NCBI RefSeq assembly: GCF_001194135.2
Contig: NC_069005.1
Location: 1,102,478 to 1,166,477 of the forward strand
From: Octopus bimaculoides
Lineage: Eukaryota
Reading direction: 5' to 3'
Length of the DNA stretch: 64,000 nucleotides
Position numbers and translations under genes: made by a program. This document shows positions 1-11,115 of this stretch, piece by piece. Every line of letters starts with the position of its first letter. Positions within the stretch are counted from its first letter, which is position 1. The notes below the pieces were generated by a model, which saw only the letters and a program-made list of their open reading frames with translations, searched no databases and was not told where the DNA came from.

Positions 1-67
1 ATATATATATATATACATACATACATACATATATATACATACATACATATATATATATACATACATA

Positions 68-99
<32 letters not shown>

Positions 100-100
100 C

Positions 101-131
<31 letters not shown>

Positions 132-160
132 CATACATATATATATATACATACATACAT

Positions 161-193
<33 letters not shown>

Positions 194-358
194 CGTACAT
201 ACATACATATACCCATACATATATATATATATATATACCCATACATACATATATATATATATATATACATACATACATATATATATATATACATACATAC
301 ATATATATATATATACATACATACATATATATATATATACATACATACATATATATAT

Positions 359-419
<61 letters not shown>

Positions 420-430
420 TATATGCATGT
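1..430. repeat. (TA)n/(TACA)n compound microsatellite
   Basis: Read directly from the sequence. Confidence 0.95.
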
Positions 431-1380
431 GTATGTGTGTATCTTTGTTGTGTCTCAGTGTCATCGACCGTGTTAAATAATCTAAGGACACATTGAGTAA
501 TAAATCATAAATGAGCAGAGATTCTGCAGACTTGAATACAAGAGACCACGTTGTTAAAGAACAGTTTTGGAAGCCGTCATTTTTATTTAAGAATCATTTC
601 CAAAGAGAGAAAAGATTCAGTTTTCTAAAGTGGTCAGACTATTCATAAACAAAAAAGACCATTATTATTATTGTCATAATTAATGTTCTTTTGTCACTTT
701 ACCAGTTGTATCTTATTTTGTAAACAATACTCACATATGTGGGGTCTGTGCAGTCATATATAAAGATACATGTGTGTGTGTGTACACATGCGGATATATA
801 TGTGTGTGTGTGTACATAAAGATATATATACATGTACATACACATATACACGTAAATATGCATGTACACACACACATGTATATATATATTCACTAAAAAT
901 TAAAACTAATTAACAAGAATAATTTTCAATCTCACCTCTATACATACACACACATATGTGTATCTGTGCGTGTGTGTGTGTATATATATATATATATACG
1001 TGTATATATACACATATATATATACCCATAAATGTTTGGAACCAAAGGAACTCTCTCTCTTTCTCGAACAGCTGAAACAGTTTAAAATCGGGAAATAAAT
1101 AAATAGATGCCGGTGTTACTTACCGCTGGAAAAGTAAATGTAAAAAGTTATCAAAACGTGGAAGTTGTCATGGTTGGAAGGAAGAAAGAGAGGAGGAGGA
1201 AGAAGAAGGGGGGACAGCAGCAGCTGCTGATGGTGGTGGTGGGGGAGGATTTTAATAAGAGAGACGACTACAGGACACAATTATACAGGCAGAAAGATAG
1301 ATATGTGTTAGATATATATATATATACACATATATACATATGTGTGTGTGTGTATGTATATAAAAATACGTGTTATATAA

Positions 1381-1412
<32 letters not shown>

Positions 1413-1739
1413 ATGTGTTTGTTGTGTATTTGTCTATTTAAATATCAATATATATATTTGAATATATGTGTGTGCATGCGTATTTACATTGTATGTGTAT
1501 GTATGCATGTGTAAATGCATGTGCGTGCGCCTGTGCATTTACGTGTGTATGCATATGTATGTATATGTGTGTGTACGTTTATATGTCTATATTTAAATAG
1601 GTTGAGAATTAATACTTTTACTCCCGATTTAATTCACAGTTTAAACGTGAAATATGTTTGTCTATCGATCTGTTTTTTGCTGATTTATCTTTAATAAATA
1701 TTTTATTTATAAGTTTTACCTCGGTTTCTGAAGGAGAAA

Positions 1740-2322
1740 GAAAAATTACCCATGATTCATTAGTGAGAAGCGGTAAGATGGAACATCTGAGGACGAATGT
1801 GTAGAGAGAGAAGAGAATGTGTAAGGTGTGGGGAGAGAGTAAACAGAAAGTAGAAGAAGCAGTAAAAATTGGTGGATGTGTAAAAGAGAGAGAAAGGAGA
1901 AATGAAAACGGGAAGATTTTTATTACTAACCTGAAAGAAGAGGGAGAAGAAAACGGGGTGAATGGTATATGAATGAAAGTGGTGGAGAAGAGAGTTAGAA
2001 CAATGAGAAAACGAAAATAGTGAATGGATAGAGAGAGAGAGAGAGAGAGGAGTCTCTGATACGTTATAAGAGAGAAGGGTAAATACAAATAGGAAGGTTG
2101 AATAAAAGGATTGTAAAGCAGGGTGAAGCTGTTTGGTATTAAATAAAGAAGAGAGACCGAGATATATATAAGCAATGAATGGAAGGAGAACGAAGATGGA
2201 TAGAAATGAAAAGAATATAAGAAAGCGTGAATTGAATATAGAGAAGGGAGATATAAGTAACGAAAGAAGAGAGAAGGAATATGAATAGAGAAAAGGAATT
2301 AAGAGGAACATAAAGAAACGAA

Positions 2323-2368
<46 letters not shown>

Positions 2369-2503
2369 ATGAAAGGGAGGATTGAAAACGGAGAGGAAGA
2401 AATTAGAGGAAGAATAAAAAGAAACATGAATGAGAGAGGATACAGGAAATGAACAGAGATAGGTACGGAAAGAATGGATTTTTCAAAAACCCAGGGAATC
2501 GAT

Positions 2504-2540
<37 letters not shown>

Positions 2541-3720
2541 AACAATGGAGAAGGAAGAATATGAAAAAGACAAGGAAGAGTTGTGTAAAAGAGTGGATAG
2601 TAGAGAAGGAAAGAGAAATAAAGGAAGGATGAAAATGAGTGTATACGATCTAAGAGAAGGGAAAAGGTTATTTTATAACAATTGTAGAAAGTGAAAGAGA
2701 GAAAGTAACAAAAATGTATGGAAGATAGCGGCTGTTATATAAAAATTAGGATAATTAACAGAAAAGTGAATAGGAATGAGAAAAAAAAATGAACAAGAAT
2801 AACTATAAAAATCGAAGTTATAATGAGACGAGGTTCTAAAATGAAATTCTTAAAGAGATTTCAACTTTTGAACCAACAGTAGAATGGTCAAAATAGTAAA
2901 AGGGAAGCAGAAATTAGTGGGGAAAGGAAAAGAGAAAGAATATGAGAGGAAAAATGAAGAAAAAACGGAGTCGAGAAGAAAACGAACGAGAGGGAGATAA
3001 AGAAGAGATTAATTGAGAGAGAATTTCGAATTCTATAATGGCAAAGAAGTCGAGTGCTGAAGAATTAGAGGTAAACTTCTAGGGATATAAATCTGAAAAG
3101 CTGAGTTCAATAACGAGTCAACCATAATTCTTTTATTTTGAGGAAAGTTCACAGAAGTTAAATTTCATCGGGGAGGGAAGAATCGAAGACTTTGGGTCCT
3201 AGAGGGGGGGGAGATAAAGACAAGATAGGTATATAGATAGAGAGAGAAAGAGAGAGAGAGGGAGTTAGGTAGAGAGAGAGAGAGAATGGTGTTGTCATTT
3301 TGTGAGAAAGGAAATGATGAAGACAATGAGTTGAGAGTGTGAGGAATAGTGTGAGAGGGCCAGTAGTGTGGGGTAGGAGGAAAGGGCGGGAAGATAGAGA
3401 GAAGGTAGAAGGGTGCAAAGCAGTAGGGTGGGTGGTAGGAAGAGGTAACGTTAACGATAGAGAGAGGGAAAGAGGGAAGAGAAAAAAGACAAAGAAAGCG
3501 CAGAGAAGAAGCTATTTAGAAATATTCAACTAAAATACATTCATAGAATATTTTTTAGAAAGGGGTGATGTAGGGTGTGTTGGGTGGGGGACCAGAGAAA
3601 GAGAGAGAGATGGTGGCGACGGGAGAGGATGTTAAGAATGGAAGATGGGTGAGGCACAGAGAAGGTATTGAAGTAAAGAGAGAGAGAGTAAGGACCACAC
3701 CTGGGAAATAAGGGTAAGAA
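1740..3720 (+). repeat. About 2-kb purine-rich (A/G) low-complexity tract with (GA)n runs
   Basis: Visibly depleted of C and T on the + strand; a four G-run motif lies at 3562-3590. Confidence 0.8.
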
Positions 3721-4277
3721 GGCTAAGAAAGAAATTCTTAAGAACGGCCAAATTCGCCAGAAGTATCAACCATGCATTGATGCGTATACACATGTGCACA
3801 AACACATATAAACGCATACACATCTGTGTGTATGCATTCATACAAAGAAGCCATAACATACACATGCACGAACACACACACACATGGCATTTATAAAAAT
3901 AAATCTGGGAAAATTTTGCTAGAGAGAGCAGCTGTGAATGGACACAGAAGAGGTGAGTGTGATGGGAGGCAGATTCAAAGGAAGTCAAAGTGTTTGTTCC
4001 AAAGTTTGTTGCGCAATGGTTCCAACGTTGAAGAAAGATTCTGTTTTTGAACCATGGTGCTGGAGAACACCACACAACTCAAAGATGAGCAGCTGAGTGA
4101 CGGAATGGATTAAAAACAGAACATGGTGCTGTGTGGTTAAGTAGTTTGTTTCTCAACCACATGGTTTAAGGTTCAGTCTCACTGCATGGCACATTGGGTA
4201 AGTGTCTCCTGCTATAGCTGACCAAAGCCTTGTAATTTGGTAGGTGAATACTGAAAGAAGCCCTTTATGTAAATATA

Positions 4278-4955
4278 CAGGGTGTGGGAAGGGAGGATGG
4301 ACGTTTTTGAAATGGCTGTTACTCAGCCCCAAGGGAAGGAGCATATGTCCGACAGGTACCATTGAGTCCATGGTGTCTTAGCATGTTTTTTTTTTCTTTT
4401 CGGGTAACTATGCACAGTGGCTTAATTTCACATGTCAGATGGAAGCAATTTTTGAGCCAAATGACAACCTCATTTTGCTAATGAGTGATGAAGCTCATTT
4501 TCATCTCAATGGCATGGTGAATCAACAGAACTGTCGTTATTGGGCTCTTGAAACTCCAAGAGAACTGCACGAAAGACCACTGCACAGCCCAAAAGTGATG
4601 GTCAGGTATGCTGCTGGAAAAGCTGCCGTCATTGGTCTTTACTTTTTTGAAGACAATAATGGAAATACTGTTACTGTGAACTCCAACCATTACATCGAGA
4701 TGACAAACAACTTCTTTGTGACTGAATTACAATGAAAACATGCTTCTTTGACATGTGTGATTTTTGCAGGATGGGGCAATGGCCCACACAGCCAGAGCAT
4801 CAATGGACATTCTTCGCCTTCTCTTCGGTGACCACCTCATTTCCAGATTTGCTGACATTCTCTCAGTGCCTTGATGTGTCCATGTGTAATTATTTCTGGT
4901 GGGGAAACCTCAAGAAACCATGTGTGTATGCGCACAAGCCCCGTACACTGGCAAC
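4278..4955 (+). mobile_element. Decayed Tc1/mariner-superfamily transposon, maT (DD37D)-like, internally deleted and right-truncated
   Basis: TA followed by CAGGGTG at 4276-4284 (probable left TIR end). Translated blocks MSDEAHFHLNGMVNQQNCRYWALETPRELHERPLHSPKV, GLYFFED..VTVNS, FLQDGAMAHTA and DVSMCNYFWWGNLK correspond to the three catalytic segments, now broken by stops and frameshifts. Confidence 0.85.
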
Positions 4956-4959
4956 GAAC

Positions 4960-5530
4960 TCGCATGAATGTTTTTTCATGTGCCAGTAAGGCAACACTGT
5001 TAATGATCACACTTGAATGGTGCTTTTTTACGTGCCACTGGCATGGACACCAGTCAGCTGCTCTGGCAGCAATCATGCTTGGATGGTGCTCTTAGCACAG
5101 GTGCCAGTCATCGAATTTGATTGGATTTCGATTTCACTTACCTCAACAGGTCTTCCACAAGCAGAGTTTAGTGTCCAATGAAGTAAAGATACGAATAAGT
5201 GAGCTGGTTACACCCCTGGCATAGGCCACAGGTTATGCTCTCACTTGGCTTGCCGGGTCTTCTCACGCAAAGCATATATCTAAAGGTCTCAGTCACTAGT
5301 CATTAGGCCTCGGTGAGGCCTAATGTTCAAAGGTCATGCTTCACCACCTCATCCCAGGTCTTCCTGGGTCTATCTCTTCCACAGGTTCCCTCAACTTCTA
5401 GGCTGTGGCACTTTCTCACACAGCTATCCTCATCCATTCTTGCCACATGACCATACCAATCATCTCTCTTGCACACCACATCTGATGCTTCTTAGGTCCA
5501 ACTTTTCTCTCAAGGTACTTACACTCTGTT
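4960..5530 (-). mobile_element. RTE-clade LINE 3' fragment (ORF C-terminus plus 3' UTR)
   Basis: The minus strand encodes WYGHVARMDEDSCVRKCHSLEVEGTCGRDRPRKTWDEVVKHDL, the typical RTE ORF C-terminus, followed by the shared ...GTGGCACGTAAAAAGCACC tail. Confidence 0.8.
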
Positions 5531-5534
5531 GAGC

Positions 5535-5572
<38 letters not shown>

Positions 5573-6674
5573 TTATATATATATATATTATATGGTAAGA
5601 ATGACCATTGCCTACAAAGGCAAATGAAATTTATATCCTTGACACATATTAGGTGATGTTTTAATACCTCTAAAATAGAACATGGTTGTGTGGTTAAGTA
5701 GTTTGTTTCTCAACCACTTGGTTTCGGGTTCAGTCCCACTGCATGGCACCCTGGGCAAGTGTCTTCTGCTATAGCCAACCAAAGCCTTGTAACTTAACAA
5801 CACTTCACCACACACCAATATTTTGGGCACCTTCACTCCCTCTTTACTTATTCGCACTTTCTCTCCTAAGAGCCACATTATGTCTTCATTTCTGGTCTTA
5901 CTGTTACACTCTCCAAATTACTTTTTACACTTATCCTGCAATGTGAACAGGTATCATAAATTTGGTTTCACTTATTTACGACTAAATGATGAGAAGACAA
6001 AGCGATTCACTCACACACAAACATACATTATAGGACAGGCAATTTTATAACACATCATCATCATTTTAACTTTTCCACATTTCCATGAGGGGTGGGGGTC
6101 AGATGGAATTTATTGAGGCAGAATTTCTCCTTGGCCAGATGCTCTTCCTGTCACCAACCCTCACCTGTTTCCAAGCAAAGTAATATTTCTGTATGCCTCA
6201 ATGTGTTTCCATGGAAGATTGGAAAAGAAGGAGATTGTTACCATGTGATTGGGAAGTAAACTTCTTAACCAAACGACCAAACTTACAAAACTCATTAGCT
6301 TCATTTCTAATGCAGACCCAACACTTTCATTTGCAAAAACTGTCCTTCTTCTATAAAAGACTCTTTTCATGAATGAAACTCTTCTCACCATCATCATTTT
6401 TCTTTTCCATTCATCCCTACAACACCCCAATCACCCAACCAATTCCATGACACTCACCACTGATTGTTGTCTTCACCAACGTTTTCCTCCTCCTCCTCCT
6501 CCTCCTCATTTAATGCAAAAGAAAATGATAAAGTAAGGACCAGGCTTAAAAAAAAAAAGGACTGGATTTGATTTATTTGATTAAAATTTCTTCAAGGGCT
6601 GTGCTCCAGCATGGCCACAGTCTAATGACGGAAACAAAAGAAAGACAAAAGGCAGCAGATTATTGCAAATATCT

Positions 6675-6680
6675 TTTAAT
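6675..6680 (-). terminator. Candidate Nup50 polyadenylation signal (ATTAAA)
   Basis: ATTAAA about 185 nt downstream of the stop on the minus strand, followed by a T-rich tract. An AATAAA also lies near 6575, so the choice is uncertain. Confidence 0.35.
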
Positions 6681-6863
6681 AAAATCAAACGTAAATTGCA
6701 TACTTTTGTATCGGAAAATCCACGAGAGAGAGTTAAGAGTCTTTTTCATGATACAGGTATGTTTTTTTTTTTTGAAGGAATGGAGGGGAAAAAAAGGTCT
6801 GTAAAAGGAGGTAGAGATTGCAGTCCCTAAAAACGTTGACAGAATTAAACCGTGGCTCCACCA

Positions 6864-7090
6864 TTAGACGTTCTCTTGGGAATCTGTTCCATGTTTATGT
6901 TTATTGAGCTGTGCCAAGAGATCGTCAGCTTCCTCGCCAGTCTTCACTCGGATCAGCAACGGCACTGGTTTATTCTCGCTCCCGCCCTTCGTTAAGGGAG
7001 GGTTTGGAATGCATACAAGGCTCACATTGTTTTTGCCTTGCCTTTTGAGTTGCATCGTTGGAAGCAACATTATGTTCAGAAGAATGTTCC
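6864..7090 (-). CDS. NUP50: Nup50 terminal coding exon (GNILLNIMLLPTMQLKRQGKNNVSLVCIPNPP...SQENV*)
   Basis: Acceptor ttgttttgcag|GG, TAA stop at 6866-6864; RanBD C-terminal half. Confidence 0.96.
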
Positions 7091-8370
7091 CTGCAAAACA
7101 AGAGAAAGGCTGAGAGTAAAAAATAATTCAGGATTACGGAACACAAGTTACCGTGACGATAATTGGAGACTGTTTAAGTTTATTGATTAGAAATAATGTT
7201 TAATACACAAATCTTGCTAACGAGATATACAAAGCTAATTGTAATCAAGCAATTAACCCCTTTCCTACTATATTTCTGCTGATTGTCTTTTTTGCAATTA
7301 ATTTTGAAATTTAGAATTTAGTAAAATAGTTGTCATTATTATAATCTGATGTAAGGCAGCAAGCTAGCAGAATCGTTAGCAAAGCGGGAAAAATGCTTAG
7401 CAGCGTCTTGTCGGTCTTTATGTTTTGAGTTCAAACTCTGCTGAGGTCGACTTTGCCTTTCATCTTTTGGGGTCAATAAAAGAAGTACCATTTGAGCAGT
7501 AGGGTCAATGTAATGAACTTACTCCTGCCATGAAATTGCTGGCCCTGTGCCAAAATTTGAAACCATCATCATCATAATCTGATATTTGAAACAAATGAAA
7601 TTTTGATGGAAGTTTGTATCAAGGAATCAGGTGTAGTAACAGGATTAAACAACATCCAGGTAATCTGGTCCCTACAGTAAAGAGATACAATGATAAATCA
7701 CCAAACCGCACTTAAAAAGTGAACCTTCTGAGTTCAAATCTAGTCTAGAGCGATGCAAGTGAACAGATCCAAATGTAAGTGTTTTATCACAAAATTATGG
7801 CCGTTTGAATCAAAGAAATTACATCGACAGAGAGGGCAAGGGACGTAACTCCTCCTTATGACTGGCTTCAAGCCACGGTAGTGAGAGGAACAATTTTGAG
7901 AGGTCCTAAATAAAAACCTCAACACATAAACTAAAATAAGACGACAAAAGAGAAACATGGCGAAATAAAGACTGTAACAAAAGACTGTTGTCTAAATTTC
8001 AAGTTAGGTTTGTTTCAGTCTTCAACGTCAGAGTTGTCGTCGTCTTCATAGGAATCACGTAACCTGCTCAGAATATTTTAAAATTTCTATTTAGAACTTT
8101 GTGAGAGAAGGGAAAGTAGATACCTTTTTAGGGTTTCTGAGACTGGAAGGAGGAAGTTATTGAGACTAAGGGCTTTGCTTAATATTTGTTAAAACAATGA
8201 GCTCTACACATGTTAGGAGGGTGCCAAGGGCAACAGACTAAGTCCACCACCACAAAAAAAAAAAAAGGTACGAATCAGTGACAGGCTTCTGCAGTTTCCT
8301 TTGACCCAATTTCACATCAAAGGATTGGACCAGCCTGGAAGCATTTTACAACAGTTGTCGAGGAAGAGGG

Positions 8371-8406
<36 letters not shown>

Positions 8407-11080
8407 GCTAAACTGACAATAATTCCTTTGACAATATTAGAAAAATATCAGTAAAAGAACTCCACCAAAACTTTGCTTTACACCGTGTCTCTCTAGAAGG
8501 TAAATATTAATTTGGTCAATTAAAATACTGGAATGGAGCAATGGAAATGATTATTTTTTGTTATGAAGTTCTCATCAGAAAGAAGCAGAAGATAACCCAC
8601 CTAAGTTTGTGTCAGCGCGAATGATGAGTTGGGCTTTGTCTTTGAATGGTTTCACATGCAAGTTTCCAATGCCTTTATCAATCCAGTTCTTGTCTTTCTC
8701 ATAAAACAGTTTGCATCTATGAATAGGGAGACAAAAGCAACACAGTAAATAAAACAGAAAAAAAAATGATACAACAAATCTATCAAAGAGAAGCTCATTC
8801 TTTGTAAGACAGATTCTTGGTTGTCAACTGAAATTCTCTGCAAGATTCATTATCGAATTTAGTTGCAAAGAGATTCTCACTGACACAGAAATGTTTAATG
8901 TTTAGCAATCGTGAATTGATAAAAATTGCAACATTTTTATTAAAGACTTAAATTGTAATAAAACTGAATATTAAAATGACGGATGAATGCATAAACGGTT
9001 GACTCTGATCCGTGATTTTTCATCAAAGAACCTGGATGAAATATTATCTGAAGAATGGTCAGACATTGAACTTTTTTCAAGTGTTGTTGGTCCCTAAACA
9101 TCTTCAAGACTTGATGTGAAGCCTGTTGAGTATTTTTTACATTTCTATCCTGCTGTCTCTCTCTCTCTCTTTCTCCTGCACTTCCCTCAGGTTGGGTAAC
9201 CAGGTATTTCCTTTGTGGCAGCAGAACACCTGTTTCTGTCTTCATCCCTGATCTCTCTCTTTGGCTGGATAACCTTATACCTCCTCTATAGCAAGGCACC
9301 AGTTTTTGTCTCTCTGCCTCACTATAATCTTTCATCATTCGACACAAGATCACCTCCTCCAATGACCCTCCCCTCTTAAAAGGTTTTTTTGTCTTGCCAG
9401 TACTCGGTGACTCTGTCAGTGCAGGTGCCACTTAAAAGCACCCAGTCCAGACTGTAAAGTGGTTGGTGTTATTCATGATGGCAGTATGTATGGGATTTCA
9501 AAAAACGTTCGTCTTCTTTGGTATTTCACATACCTCATTGTCTATGAATTCTATTTTTCAAGCTTAAAGGTTCCGATCCCTGGTGTGTATGTTTGAAAGG
9601 CAAAATCTGAGCTGACTGTCCGACGGATGTTGTGATAAATATTGTTTGAGGAGCCTGCAGCTGTTATTCTCATGACCACCTGCAATGTCGGGTGGACACA
9701 GTGAATAACCAGTCGGTTGGTTAGGTGAAGCCATTCTATAGATTTAGCAGTTTATATACACACAAGAAATACCAAAGAAGACAAACATTTTTTTAAATCC
9801 CATACATACTGCCATCATAAATAAGGAAAGGACACGTTAGACAATGGAGTCTAACGGTCACGCCTGGAAGACTTTCAATCACAGTTCAATTAGGATCAGG
9901 GGTTAAATCAATAAATCTCACCTTCTGCTATAAACTGAACCTTCTTCCTTGATCTCTTTCACTTCTGCTTTAGGGGGAACGTACTCATCTTCCTCATCTG
10001 GGTTACTTCCCTTGACGGCTATCAAAACATCAGTGAAATAAAACATTAAGACACCATGTTGGGGACACAAATGGTGCAACCAATAAAAAATACCTGGTAG
10101 TATTTATTGAGATCTTTCTATGCACAAAATTGAAATCCTGCACATTCAATAAATATCGGACTTTTTTTTTTTTTTTTTTAAATAAAATATTTAAAAAATA
10201 TTTATATCATGTAACAGTAAAAACAATGAAAGCTCACCATTGCTGGTATTCAAAGTACTGGCAAAAGAGAATGTTGACTGAGTGTCAGCAGGTTTGAAGT
10301 TAAACCCACCGAAAGCTGGTGTTGTAGATATGGAGGTCTGTCCAGTCGATGTGGTGGTACTACTACTACTACTACTGCTGCCACTAGACAAGAGGGGGCT
10401 AGTCACAGATAAGTTTGGCCAAATATTCTTCTTCAGGTCAGGTTTTGATTGTTCCTCCTCTTTTGACTTTTCAGAATCTACAAGAAATGGAGACAAAAAA
10501 AAATTCCTAATTAATTTAAGACATAAAAATTGGTTAATTAGAAAACAAGGTAGTTTAAATAAATTTCTGCTAAACTACACACACATGGGATTTCAGCAGT
10601 TACAGATTGGGATATGGAGTGAGAACTGTACAAGTGTGTTTTTTCTGTTCTATTATTGTCTTGGTAGGAGTAGCTAATAAATATGTTATGGGCGTTAAAG
10701 AGATTGCAGTACTTATGGGCATTAGAGAAATGGTGTCTGGAACAGGAAGCTTCTCCCTACATTTGTGGATAGATGCAGGCTGTATGGAATATTCAACATA
10801 AATGCAGCCACAAATATAGCTAGAAGCTTCCTGTTCCTAATTAGATGGCATTTCCTGAAGTTATAAAGACCACAAGCTTTGTAAAACACAATATTTAGGT
10901 TAGCTACCCCTTGCTAAAACAATAAAGGTCCCAGCTTTGCATGCCCCAATATGTAATTGTGAGAATCTCACCATCTGTTTGGAAAAAGATAACCTGAAGC
11001 AATGTGACAGGACCACTCCATACATACCTTGTGCTAATAGATACCAGCTTTAACTCTGTCACAATCTGCAGTATCTATTA

Positions 11081-11115
<35 letters not shown>

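Noticed and set aside
699-2311. Long ORFs rich in Y/I/C/V or L/S/F
   Set aside because: They are translations of (TA)n, (TG)n and (GA)n low-complexity DNA.
5301-5325. Perfect 11-bp hairpin
   Set aside because: It lies inside the RTE fragment, whose other copies show the same partial palindrome, and is too short to be informative.
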